Source: Patescibacteria group bacterium (GTDB lineage Bacteria; Patescibacteriota; Minisyncoccia; RBG-13-40-8-A). From it: DNA of 64,000 nucleotides. The stretch covers positions 17,069 to 81,068 of the forward strand of contig JAZDGD010000007.1 in assembly GCA_043807255.1 (NCBI GenBank), read 5' to 3'. Of the stretch, positions 9,776 through 19,121 are shown in pieces. Both the position numbers and the translations under genes were made by a program. Under the pieces are notes generated by a model that was not told where the DNA came from, did not search any database, and worked only from the letters and a program-made list of their open reading frames with translations. Every line of letters begins with the position of its first letter. The first letter of the stretch is position 1.

Positions 9776-10327
9776 TTATTGAGTTTTTCGCATTTGCTCC
9801 ATAAGTCTTTCGTATTCGTCTATCAAGGGATGTGACCAAGTTTCTTTAAACATTTTCAACATCTCTTCTTCAAACCAAAGCTTTTCTTCTCTTTTGTTAC
9901 TAAATTTTTTCCAAACTTCTGGCCCAATCTGGCTGTAGGTAAAAAGCAAATCTTCCATATTATGAATTTTGTCCGCAATTGAAATCGCTTTCGCCTCATC
10001 AGAACCATTTCGAACCGTTTCCACATATTTAATCTTTTTATCTCTCCATGACAAAGTATCATCGTTCGTAACCATTTTGACCATATCCACAACCTCGTTG
10101 CCCAGCTTATCTCTTAATTCTTGCTCGGTGACGTCCGTGTCTTCTAGGACATCGTGGACTAGAGCAGCAGCAATTACGGCGTCAGAAAAATTATATTTCA
10201 CAAGCTTCATCGCGACTATAAATGGATGAACAACGTAAGGCGAACCATCGTTCTTACGTTTTTGATTTACGTGAGCAATCACCGCGATTCTCGTTGCTTT
10301 TTCAATTAAACCAAGTTCTTGATTCAT
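9776..10327 (-). CDS. HD-domain hydrolase, Mesh1/SpoT-like small alarmone hydrolase
   Basis: AH..QKRK..PYVVHP, AALVHDVLEDT and ADKIHN motifs. Confidence 0.88.
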   Translation of the reverse strand: MNQELGLIEKATRIAVIAHVNQKRKNDGSPYVVHPFIVAMKLVKYNFSDAVIAAALVHDVLEDTDVTEQELRDKLGNEVVDMVKMVTNDDTLSWRDKKIKYVETVRNGSDEAKAISIADKIHNMEDLLFTYSQIGPEVWKKFSNKREEKLWFEEEMLKMFKETWSHPLIDEYERLMEQMRKTQ

Positions 10328-10344
10328 ATTTTTATAAAATTAAT

Positions 10345-11118
10345 TTAGACGTGAACATCGGGAAAAATATTTTCCACAATTGCTGATCCGTCGGGAGTTA
10401 TTGCTGCTGGATTTCCGGATTCTGTTGCCTCGTGAATTGCTTTAATGTCTTCTTTGGAAAGGATGCGTATTGTTTCTGATTTACTCATTTTATCAAAAAT
10501 TTCCTGTGGAACTTCCAAGGTGAATAATCGGAACAATCTAGCAGTTGGCATTCCCTTTCCACGTTCTGAGGTCTGTACTTTCCATTGGATTGGACTCACC
10601 GTAGATTCATATTCTGTAGAAATCTTGTCTTTTTCTTCTTCAGATACAATGCTCTTTAAATCTCCGATGACTTCTCTCATTGCATCTTCCTCAAATAATG
10701 GATTTTCTTTTTTAAAGAAGAAAGAAAGTACTTTTTCCATATATTGATTACGTTTTTCTGCTGCTTCTTTTTTTTGTTCTTCGGTGTCCCCAGAAAATTC
10801 TTGCATTTCTCTGGGAAGTTCAAGATTAAAACGAGCGTCGTCATTTTCTTCTGCCGGTCTTCCTTGTTTACCGAATTGAGCATTAAATTCTTTTATAAGC
10901 TCTTCTTTCCCTTCTGGCGTAACTTTAACTGCCCCACCCAATGCTTGAAATCTTGGATACTCTTTTCCGTCTTTTTTTAATGATTTATTACGCATTGCAA
11001 TAAAATGAGTCTCTCCAGTTTCTTTAATCCGACATTCGCGCACTAAATTATGAACCGATACATATATTTCTTTATACAGTCCTTCTGGAATTTTAATTGT
11101 TTCTTTTGATTCTTCCAT
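10345..11118 (-). CDS. Hypothetical protein, resembles SMODS-associated NUDIX domain
   Basis: FQALGGAVK...DARF...EDAMREV..DL pattern, judged by eye. Confidence 0.45.
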   Translation of the reverse strand: MEESKETIKIPEGLYKEIYVSVHNLVRECRIKETGETHFIAMRNKSLKKDGKEYPRFQALGGAVKVTPEGKEELIKEFNAQFGKQGRPAEENDDARFNLELPREMQEFSGDTEEQKKEAAEKRNQYMEKVLSFFFKKENPLFEEDAMREVIGDLKSIVSEEEKDKISTEYESTVSPIQWKVQTSERGKGMPTARLFRLFTLEVPQEIFDKMSKSETIRILSKEDIKAIHEATESGNPAAITPDGSAIVENIFPDVHV

Positions 11119-11129
11119 GTTTTTTGTTT

Positions 11130-12347
11130 TTAATTAATTTTTAAAATTCTATTAAATATTTTTTGTTGCATATCCTTGGCAACCATATCCCAGTTGTATT
11201 TATTAAATACCATTTCTCGGGCACGATCTGTAATCGCTTTAACTTTTTCTGGATGATCTAAAATGTCTTTTACTGCTTCGGCAATCTGTTCTGGCGAATC
11301 TTTGTCTACGGCCCAAGCGGTTGTCGGTTGATCTGGATTTCGTTTGGCATCAAAGATAAAGTCCGCGAGTCCGCCTTCTTGAGTTGCAACAACTGGTAAG
11401 CGCGATGCCATTGCCGAAAGAAATGCATTGCCAAGACCTTCTGATCTACTTGGGGCAACAAAAATATCAGATATCCTGCGATATTTGGTTACCTCGCTAC
11501 GATCGACGCGACCAGTAAATATAACTCTATTTTCTAATTTTAATTCTTTGGTGATGTCTTTTAATAATTTTTCGTCTTCTCCATCTCCGACAACTAAAAA
11601 TTTAACATTTTCTGGAAGCATTGGCAACGCACGAATCGTATCATCATTTGCTTTTTGATGCACAACACGTGCAGTATTAACAAGAAAGATTTCTCCTGAT
11701 TTTTTACCTACTTTCTTCTTGGTCTCTTCGAGTTCTGCCTCGGTAACATTGTCTGATAAATCACGTGGATTAGCACCATTGTGAATTAATTCTATTCTGT
11801 CTTCTTTGACACCCCTACGCTGCGCCCATTCCATAAGAAACACAGAAATTGGTTGAACAACATCGGCCTTTGTAAATGATCTCTTAAAGAAAAACCATAA
11901 AGGTTTTAGTTTCTTTTCAATGTGTTCTGGTGTTTTTCCCTCTTGCAGGGTTAGAGCATATCCTTTTCGAGGATAAAGCATTTTAAAAATTACCGCTGCG
12001 ATTCCTGCCGTATGCGCCATCATTGCCCAAATTCCATCATAATGATATTTTGCATTGAGAGAAATTGCCTTAAATGGAGCAAGAAACTGATATAACAATT
12101 TATTTAAATCAAGTGGCCACTTACCATAATCTTCGGCTGTCGGTTTTTTCTTGGTTATACCAATACGATGAACCAATACGTTTCCGAATTTCTCAATTTT
12201 AGGTAGGTCAGAATTAAACCTCGCTACAATCATGTGAAATTCAACATCGCTAGGGTTGATTCGGTCGGTGATTTCTTTTAATGCTCCATCGGAACCACCT
12301 ACGTATTCCGGATAATAGGTTAAAGAAAAAATAAGTATTTTTTTCAT
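11130..12347 (-). CDS. Glycosyltransferase family 4
   Basis: PSRSEGLGNAFLSAMA..PVVAT..GG motif. Confidence 0.92.
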   Translation of the reverse strand: MKKILIFSLTYYPEYVGGSDGALKEITDRINPSDVEFHMIVARFNSDLPKIEKFGNVLVHRIGITKKKPTAEDYGKWPLDLNKLLYQFLAPFKAISLNAKYHYDGIWAMMAHTAGIAAVIFKMLYPRKGYALTLQEGKTPEHIEKKLKPLWFFFKRSFTKADVVQPISVFLMEWAQRRGVKEDRIELIHNGANPRDLSDNVTEAELEETKKKVGKKSGEIFLVNTARVVHQKANDDTIRALPMLPENVKFLVVGDGEDEKLLKDITKELKLENRVIFTGRVDRSEVTKYRRISDIFVAPSRSEGLGNAFLSAMASRLPVVATQEGGLADFIFDAKRNPDQPTTAWAVDKDSPEQIAEAVKDILDHPEKVKAITDRAREMVFNKYNWDMVAKDMQQKIFNRILKIN

Positions 12348-12359
12348 ATTGCTTTAAAA

Positions 12360-13247
12360 TTATTTTTTATTAATTTTTATTAATTCAATGTATTGTTTAA
12401 GAGTTTTTGTTTGTCTCCATCCCAGTTTTTTGATCTTGTCCACATTAAATGCTCCAGTAGATCTGCTAGTTTTTGTGGCTGGCAACATTTTTAATCCGCA
12501 ATCAAACATTTTTGCTAAATCTAATAAAGAATAAACATCTTTACTACAAATACCATATTCATCACCTTGGCCCCTTTCTCCTATAAACATAATTCCATTG
12601 ACAGTGTCATCTACATGAGTAAACGCACGAGTTTGTGTGCCGGGTTTTCGCACTTCACACGGTTGATTATTTAAATAGCGCTGTTTAAATGTCTCCACAA
12701 TCGTGCCATAACCACCATTAAACTGTCCTGCTCGTTCACGTGGACCATAAACATTAAAGAAATAAGTTATTGCATAATTTAACCCGTACCATTGAGCATA
12801 ATTACGCACGAGTTCAGTATTTATTGCTTTCGCCCAAGTGTAGGGAGCGATGTCCTTGCCATCAACCCCACTTCTCCCTTTGAAAAACTTTGTTGAAGAA
12901 CCGGCATATACAAGTTTACATTTCTTTTTACGCCAAAATTCTAACACTCCCAATGTACCATTAATATTTAAATCCCAAACTAATTCTGGTTCATTTAAAC
13001 TTGGAGCAACACGAGAATATTCTCCTAAATGATAAATAATATCAGGAGTTTCTGGTATATATTTTTCAATGTCTTTGGTGTGTCCTTCGCGATATTCTGC
13101 GCCTAAAACATGGTTTTCTTTTAGGCCAGTGAAATAATTATCGAGTGAAATAACCTTATTGTTTTTATCTCGTACGAGTTTCGCGATTAAATTGGAGCCG
13201 ATAAATCCCGCTCCGCCTGTGACTAAAATTGTTTTTTGTTTTTTCAT
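12360..13247 (-). CDS. NAD-dependent sugar epimerase/dehydratase
   Basis: TGGAGFIGS, PYTWAK (YxxxK), FNVYGP and FTHVDD motifs. Confidence 0.92.
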   Translation of the reverse strand: MKKQKTILVTGGAGFIGSNLIAKLVRDKNNKVISLDNYFTGLKENHVLGAEYREGHTKDIEKYIPETPDIIYHLGEYSRVAPSLNEPELVWDLNINGTLGVLEFWRKKKCKLVYAGSSTKFFKGRSGVDGKDIAPYTWAKAINTELVRNYAQWYGLNYAITYFFNVYGPRERAGQFNGGYGTIVETFKQRYLNNQPCEVRKPGTQTRAFTHVDDTVNGIMFIGERGQGDEYGICSKDVYSLLDLAKMFDCGLKMLPATKTSRSTGAFNVDKIKKLGWRQTKTLKQYIELIKINKK

Positions 13248-13287
13248 AAAATTAATTTATATTTTTGTTACAAATAGATATTTTCAT

Positions 13288-14118
13288 TTAGAGTTTTTTA
13301 CAAATAAACATTGACCATCCAATATCGCCTTTTTTCATAAACCCCCACGTTTTACGATATGCAAAAATTAATTTTTTATACGCCCCATGAAATTGCTTAT
13401 TTTTTCCTTTTTTAATTTTTTCTTCCAAAATATCAGCGAGTTTCCAATAACTCATTGCATAATGCCACGACATATCTTCGGCATAGATAATCCTAAAACC
13501 AAGTTTCTGAAGTTCTTGTTGGTATGAAACAAAATTAAAATTTGTGTTGAAAAGAAGTCGTTCATAAACTAGTTTTTCTGCTTCCTTGCTTACTACCTTA
13601 TTCGGTTTTATCAAATCATCAAAAATAAATACCCCATCCCTTTTTAAAACTCGAGCAATCTCCTTTAATACTTTTTTCTTGTTGTGCATATGATAAATTG
13701 CTGCCTGGCTCCATATATTGGAAAAAGTATTTTTCCCAAAAGGCAATTTCGTCGCCGATCCTTGAAAAAACCTAATTTTATCTTTTACTTTCTTGCTTTT
13801 TGTTAAAAGCACTTTCTTTGCATTTTCAATTCTGGTGTCGCTTAAATCAAGACCTACAACCTTCGCATCAGTTTTTTCGTTAATAAAGAAAGAATTATTG
13901 CCATTTCCGCAACCCAGGTCCAGCACACTGGATTTATTATCAATCTGTGAGAGTTTAAGCATCTTTTTATTGAGCTCCATCATCGATTCTAAAAACGAAA
14001 TGTTTTTATTGGAAAAATAACCCCAGTGACAATTGCCCTGTTTGTCCCAAAAAGAACGATAAATTATATCATCGCTATTATAAAAATCTCTTGTTTGTCT
14101 CTCAGTGAATTTCTGCAT
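13288..14118 (-). CDS. Class I SAM-dependent methyltransferase
   Basis: HWGYF, VLDLGCGNG, LPF..NTF and RVLKRDG motifs. Confidence 0.9.
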   Translation of the reverse strand: MQKFTERQTRDFYNSDDIIYRSFWDKQGNCHWGYFSNKNISFLESMMELNKKMLKLSQIDNKSSVLDLGCGNGNNSFFINEKTDAKVVGLDLSDTRIENAKKVLLTKSKKVKDKIRFFQGSATKLPFGKNTFSNIWSQAAIYHMHNKKKVLKEIARVLKRDGVFIFDDLIKPNKVVSKEAEKLVYERLLFNTNFNFVSYQQELQKLGFRIIYAEDMSWHYAMSYWKLADILEEKIKKGKNKQFHGAYKKLIFAYRKTWGFMKKGDIGWSMFICKKL

Positions 14119-14187
14119 ATTTTTTTATTAATTTAATAAAATCTGGTGCTTGCACCGCGAAGCTCTGAGGTTTTCCGAAGAGCGAAG

Positions 14188-14292
14188 TGGTGGACTTAGG
14201 CAGAATCCCCGCCTGCAACGCCTTGCGTAGCAATGGCGGGCAGGGAACTCGCCGTCTCAGCAACCTGCCTACCGGCAGGCAGGCTGCCGTCT
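14188..14292 (-). pseudogene. Decayed tRNA-Ala-like copy interrupted by two palindromic elements
   Basis: Minus strand AAGACGGCAG[20 bp]TTGCTGAGACGGCGAGTTC[37 bp]GATTCTGCCTAAGTCCACCA; the 3' end matches the adjacent tRNA-Ala. Confidence 0.65.
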
Positions 14293-14298
14293 TGTTAT

Positions 14299-14369
14299 TG
14301 GACTTAGCGGGAATCGAACCCACGTTTCGTCAATGCGAATGACGCGTATTACCACTATACTATAAGCCC
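14299..14369 (-). tRNA. tRNA-Ala(CGC)
   Basis: GGGCTTA/TAAGTCC acceptor with G3-U70, anticodon arm CGTCA-TTCGCAT-TGACG, T-loop TTCGATT. Confidence 0.93.
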
Positions 14370-14372
14370 GAA

Positions 14373-15620
14373 TTATTCGTGACGCAAGGCCTCGATTGGA
14401 TTTAATTTTGATGCTTTCTTTGCTGGATAGATGCCGAATACCAGGCCAATCACAGTTGCCACTCCAAGCGAAAGAATAACAGCTCCAATTGGAATTGTAA
14501 ATCCCCAATTTGTTTTCAAAGCACTCGTTAAAACAATTGATGCGCCAAATGAGAACAATGTCCCACCTAAAAATCCAATAATGCCACCAAGCAAAGTTAA
14601 GGTTACTGCCTCAAACAAAAATTGATTCATAATATCTTTATTTCTTGCACCAACTGCCTTTCTTAAACCAATTTCTCTGGTTCTTTCTGTTACCGAAACC
14701 AACATAATATTCATAATTCCAATTCCGCCCACAACCAAAGCAATCGCCGCAATTGAAGACAAAAACGCAGTTAAAATTCCCGTAATCTGCGTTAACATTC
14801 CCGCTGTTTCGACTTGACTCATCGCCTTAAAATCGTCTTTTGCCAAATCTCCTTCAGGATTATAAATATTATGATTTTCTCTCAAAATGATTCTAATACT
14901 ATCTACGACTTGATTAATTAATTTCTCGCTTTTTGCTTTAACCATAATTGCATTCAAATAATCTGTCCCCAGCAAAAGTTTTTGCACGGTCGTATAAGGG
15001 AGATAAGCATAATCATCAAAAGTTTGAAAAACTTGCCCACCCTTTTCCTCTAAAACACCAACCACTTTTAGATTAAGCTTGCCCAATCCAACTGATTGTC
15101 CAATTGGATCATCTTCGCCAAATAAATCGCTTGCTAACTTGTGTCCCAAAACTATAACCCGTGCCATTCCCTTTATGTCGTCTTCATTAATACCGCGACC
15201 ACTAAAAATAGATAAATTACTAATATCAAACGAATCCGCACTTCCTCCCATATAAGTAATTTTTTTATCTTCATTCAAAGAGGAAATTCTTCCTGTTCCA
15301 TAAACCATCATTGCAACTTTTTCCACATTCGGGTCTTTAGCAATGGCGATGGCATCCTTTTCTTTTAAACTTTTTTGACTTAATTGATCTATCGCTTGTT
15401 GAGAAAAAGAACCCTGCGGAGAACCAGGTTCTATAAAAATATTATTTGAACCCATTGAAGAAATTTGCCCAACAATTAAATTTTGTGCACCACCGCCCAA
15501 AGACATCATCAAAATTACCGAACCAACACCAATGATAATGCCCAGCATAGTTAATGTTGACCGCATTTTGTTGGTTTTAAGCGTATTAAATGATATTTTG
15601 ATAGATTCTAATAATTTCAT
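14373..15620 (-). CDS. MacB-like ABC transporter permease
   Basis: RSTLTMLGIIIG, GGIGIMNIMLVSVTERTREIGLRKAVGA and PIEALR motifs. Confidence 0.95.
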   Translation of the reverse strand: MKLLESIKISFNTLKTNKMRSTLTMLGIIIGVGSVILMMSLGGGAQNLIVGQISSMGSNNIFIEPGSPQGSFSQQAIDQLSQKSLKEKDAIAIAKDPNVEKVAMMVYGTGRISSLNEDKKITYMGGSADSFDISNLSIFSGRGINEDDIKGMARVIVLGHKLASDLFGEDDPIGQSVGLGKLNLKVVGVLEEKGGQVFQTFDDYAYLPYTTVQKLLLGTDYLNAIMVKAKSEKLINQVVDSIRIILRENHNIYNPEGDLAKDDFKAMSQVETAGMLTQITGILTAFLSSIAAIALVVGGIGIMNIMLVSVTERTREIGLRKAVGARNKDIMNQFLFEAVTLTLLGGIIGFLGGTLFSFGASIVLTSALKTNWGFTIPIGAVILSLGVATVIGLVFGIYPAKKASKLNPIEALRHE

Positions 15621-15626
15621 AACAAT

Positions 15627-16337
15627 TTATTTTAAAAATCCTTCTCTCGCAATCTTCCTATTTATTACTTGACTATCTTCAATTATTTTACCATCCTTGA
15701 GACGAATTATTCTTTTTGCCATCTCCGCCGTATAAAGTTCGTGTGTAACCAAAATAATTGTATGGCCTTTTTCGTTTAAGTCTTGCAAAATCTCCATAAT
15801 TTGTTGACCGGACTTACTATCTAAATTTCCCGTTGGCTCGTCAGCAAAAATAACCGAAGGATTATTTACAATTGCACGTGCAATTGCCACTCTTTGTTGT
15901 TCTCCGCCCGATAATTGATTTGATAAATGTTTTATTCTGTGTGAAAGTCCAACTGCATTGATTGCATCGATTGCGCGTTGCTTTTTTTCTTCTTCGTGAA
16001 TTTTCGTATAAATTAAAGGAAGTTTTACATTATCAAAGACCGACGTACGCGGAAGTAAATTAAAAAATTGGAAAATAAATCCCAATTTATTATTGCGCAC
16101 AAATGCTAGTTGGTCATCATTTAATTCTTCAATGCCTTGACCTTCAAATTTAAAGATTCCTGAACTTGGTCTGTCTAAAAAACCCATAATATGCATTAAA
16201 GTTGATTTCCCTGAGCCAGATGGGCCCATAATTGCTACAAACTCTCCTTTCTGAATATTAAAAGAAACTCCGTCTAGAGCAATTGTTTTCATCTCTCCGT
16301 CACAATATTCTTTTCGCAAATCTTTTACCTCAATCAT
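15627..16337 (-). CDS. ABC transporter ATP-binding protein (MacB/LolD-like)
   Basis: [18 protein letters not shown] and ADEPTGNLD motifs. Confidence 0.96.
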   Translation of the reverse strand: MIEVKDLRKEYCDGEMKTIALDGVSFNIQKGEFVAIMGPSGSGKSTLMHIMGFLDRPSSGIFKFEGQGIEELNDDQLAFVRNNKLGFIFQFFNLLPRTSVFDNVKLPLIYTKIHEEEKKQRAIDAINAVGLSHRIKHLSNQLSGGEQQRVAIARAIVNNPSVIFADEPTGNLDSKSGQQIMEILQDLNEKGHTIILVTHELYTAEMAKRIIRLKDGKIIEDSQVINRKIAREGFLK

Positions 16338-17965
16338 TTCCCATTTTTCATATACGTAATTATTTCCTCTCCTTCAATTAAACCACTTATGATTTCAACT
16401 TCTCCCTGACTACCGCGCAATCCAGTAACAACTTCTTTTTCAACAACATTCTTCCCATCTAAAATTCTTACATATTTCTTTCCATTTTTAGAAATTACTG
16501 CTCGTTGTGGAACATTCAAAACGTTATCTTTTTCTTCGGTCTGAATTGTCGCGTCTCCGGACATTCCTGATTTTATCTTCGTGTTATCTCCTTCGAATAA
16601 AATTTTAATCTTATAATAAACAACTCCATCAATTATAGTTTTGCCAGAATCCATTTCTATAATTTGCCCTGAATATGTTTCTTCAGAAATAGCGTCCAGA
16701 GTTATCTCCACTAAATCATCCGGACTTACTTTAGAAATATCGGTTTCTGGTACATCGATTTTAATTTGTAAACCCTTAGGATTAATTAACGTAACAATAA
16801 TTTTTTCCGTATTAATTGTTTCGCCAATTTTTGCGTCTATTTTCGCTACCACGCCATCAAATGGAGCAATAATTGAAGCATCTCTTAGTTTGGTCGTGTA
16901 TTCCGTTAAATTTGCTTTATATCTATCAACATCTGTTTGATAAACAGCAATATCAACTTCACGTGGTTTAGCGATTAATTTATCCAAATCAACTTTTGCC
17001 TTATTGTATGTATTTTCTGCGGAGTTAACATTGATCTGGTTAGTAATTTTTTGATTGGCAATTTCGGTTTGAGAATTGGAAACGTTCAAAAACACGGAAT
17101 TAATTTCTCCTGAATCGGTAGTTATTGTGGTTTTATCAGTCACAGAAACCGTTTGCCCAAACGAAGAATCACTAAAAGATGTTTTAACATAATCCAAGAC
17201 GTCTGACGTCTTTTGTAGCGCAATCCACATCTTAGACAACGCTAAATCAATATTTTCTTGAGTTGGATTATCGGTAGCGATTTCAATTAGTTCTTGTGCT
17301 CCCTTGGTGCTCATGACCCCTAAAAATGCATCTTCTGCTTGGCCCTGTTTCTCAATAAACGTTCGAGAAAAACTATTAACGCCATTAAAATATAATTTTT
17401 CTATATCTTGTAAATCAGTGATTGATTTATTGCATTTGCTAGAAGCACCAATTAAATAAACCAAGCCAGAACCATAGTCTTGATTTAAGTCATTTTCTGC
17501 CTTGTCCCGAGCATCGTCGAGAGATTTTGCTGCATTTTCCAAAACTTGCTCACCAACCTTAATTTCTTCGTTGCTTACACCCGCCAACAACTGATCTAAC
17601 TTTGCCTTTGCTTGATTATAGCTTGCTTGTACTTGTAAGTATTGACTATAAATGGTTCCCGAATCCAAGCTTACTAAATATGCTCCCTTTTTAACATTTT
17701 CGCCAACTTTTGTAAAAATTTTTTCTACTGTGCCTGTTGTTTTAAATTTTAAATCAATTTCATTTGTTGATTCCACTGTTCCGTTGGCAGAAATTTCTTG
17801 AATTACGTTTGATCTGACAACTTTTCCCAATTCATAAACCGGTTTTTTGGGTTTTAAAATTGGAATTAAAATTAAAATAATTATAATTAAAATAACGCCA
17901 AGGATTATCTTGGTTTTTTTGCTCATTGCCTTTATTTTTTGTAGTATTTTTTTAATTGTATTCAT
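16334..17965 (-). CDS. Efflux RND transporter periplasmic adaptor (MacA-like)
   Basis: N-terminal TM, long coiled coil, IIAPFDGVV, GMS and VEIISGL.EGE motifs. Confidence 0.9.
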   Translation of the reverse strand: MNTIKKILQKIKAMSKKTKIILGVILIIIILILIPILKPKKPVYELGKVVRSNVIQEISANGTVESTNEIDLKFKTTGTVEKIFTKVGENVKKGAYLVSLDSGTIYSQYLQVQASYNQAKAKLDQLLAGVSNEEIKVGEQVLENAAKSLDDARDKAENDLNQDYGSGLVYLIGASSKCNKSITDLQDIEKLYFNGVNSFSRTFIEKQGQAEDAFLGVMSTKGAQELIEIATDNPTQENIDLALSKMWIALQKTSDVLDYVKTSFSDSSFGQTVSVTDKTTITTDSGEINSVFLNVSNSQTEIANQKITNQINVNSAENTYNKAKVDLDKLIAKPREVDIAVYQTDVDRYKANLTEYTTKLRDASIIAPFDGVVAKIDAKIGETINTEKIIVTLINPKGLQIKIDVPETDISKVSPDDLVEITLDAISEETYSGQIIEMDSGKTIIDGVVYYKIKILFEGDNTKIKSGMSGDATIQTEEKDNVLNVPQRAVISKNGKKYVRILDGKNVVEKEVVTGLRGSQGEVEIISGLIEGEEIITYMKNGK

Positions 17966-18101
17966 AGTACAGGTATTATAAACTATTTTTTAAAAAAAGA
18001 AAAGAGCGAAAATTTGACACAACAATTTATTATGCTAAAATTAAATTAAGAGCGAGATTTAAAAATGAATACGATTTGACTGAAAATTAATTCCAATTCC
18101 C

Positions 18102-19094
18102 ATGCTACTAAAAAGCAGGCGGAATTTTTATTTATCCAAAATTGAAATGCTTACGAACAAATTAACCCCATATTTACAAAAATTAACCAAAACTTGCCCA
18201 GCAATCAAGCGCCAATTTGTTTACTCAAAACAAGAAAATTTATCTAAAAATAAAGATAAAAAATCAACATTTATTGACCCATTAATGGAGGAGAAATATA
18301 CTGTTGTGCGTGGGTTGATTCACAAATATGATAATCGTGCCCTGATCTTATTAACCCTAAATTGTGCTGCCTATTGTAGATTTTGTACTAGACGCAGAAA
18401 GGTTTCTGATATAAAAAATGGCCTATTATCAGACGAGGACATAAACAATATTGTCGCTTACATTAAAAAACATTCTGAGATTAAAGAAATTATCCTTTCC
18501 GGCGGAGATCCGTTAACCGTGCCCGTTCTATTACAAAAATTATTATTAAAACTTTCTAAACTTTCGCAAATCAAAATTATTAGAATTGGTACTCGTTTGC
18601 CTGTCGCTGACCCTCAAAAAATAAATTCAAAACTAATTAATATTTTAAAAGTCATAAAAAATAAAACTGTATACATTTTAATTCATTTTGAGCATCCCAA
18701 AGAAATTACCAAACAAACAATTATTGCTGTAAACAAATTAAAACAAGTTTCAACAATGCTTTTATCTCAATCGGTATTTTTAAAAAATGTTAATGATTCA
18801 TTTGATACGCTCTATGAACTTTTTTCTCAGTTAATTGAAATTGAGGTTAAGCCATACTATTTATATCATTGTGATCCAGTTAAGGGCGCTGAGCATTTTA
18901 TTGTTGATTTCAAAAAAGAAATAAAAATTGTTACCGAATTACGAAAAGAATTAAGTGGATTAGCATTTCCAACATATATTATTGATGCACCCAACGGTGC
19001 AGGCAAAATTCCTGTACCCCTGGAATTCTGGAAATTCGATTCAGACAAATACAAAGATTTTAACGGCAAAATCTTACGAGGTTTAACCTCGTAA
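18102..19094 (+). CDS. KamA/EpmB-family radical SAM lysine 2,3-aminomutase-like protein (start probably 18147)
   Basis: HKY, CAAYCRFCTRRR, LSGGDPL, RIGTR and GKIP motifs. Confidence 0.88.
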   Translation: MLLKSRRNFYLSKIEMLTNKLTPYLQKLTKTCPAIKRQFVYSKQENLSKNKDKKSTFIDPLMEEKYTVVRGLIHKYDNRALILLTLNCAAYCRFCTRRRKVSDIKNGLLSDEDINNIVAYIKKHSEIKEIILSGGDPLTVPVLLQKLLLKLSKLSQIKIIRIGTRLPVADPQKINSKLINILKVIKNKTVYILIHFEHPKEITKQTIIAVNKLKQVSTMLLSQSVFLKNVNDSFDTLYELFSQLIEIEVKPYYLYHCDPVKGAEHFIVDFKKEIKIVTELRKELSGLAFPTYIIDAPNGAGKIPVPLEFWKFDSDKYKDFNGKILRGLTS

Positions 19095-19100
19095 GATTTT
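19068..19100. repeat. Perfect palindrome (GAGGT..ACCTC family) supplying the end of the KamA-like gene
   Basis: AAAATCTTACGAGGTT-T-AACCTCGTAAGATTTT, related to 2423-2443; may also act as a terminator. Confidence 0.8.
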
Positions 19101-19121
19101 GCATTTAAGTTCGAATTCATA

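Noticed and set aside
14188-14292. tmRNA or intron-containing tRNA
   Set aside because: Too short for tmRNA and no tag ORF; the inserts are 20 and 37 bp palindromes without group I or BHB features, and the 5' half is missing
14102-14508. ORFs 14102-14323 and 14269-14508
   Set aside because: They overlap tRNA-Ala and the repeat elements; the ACLPVGR-type peptide is just the palindrome read through
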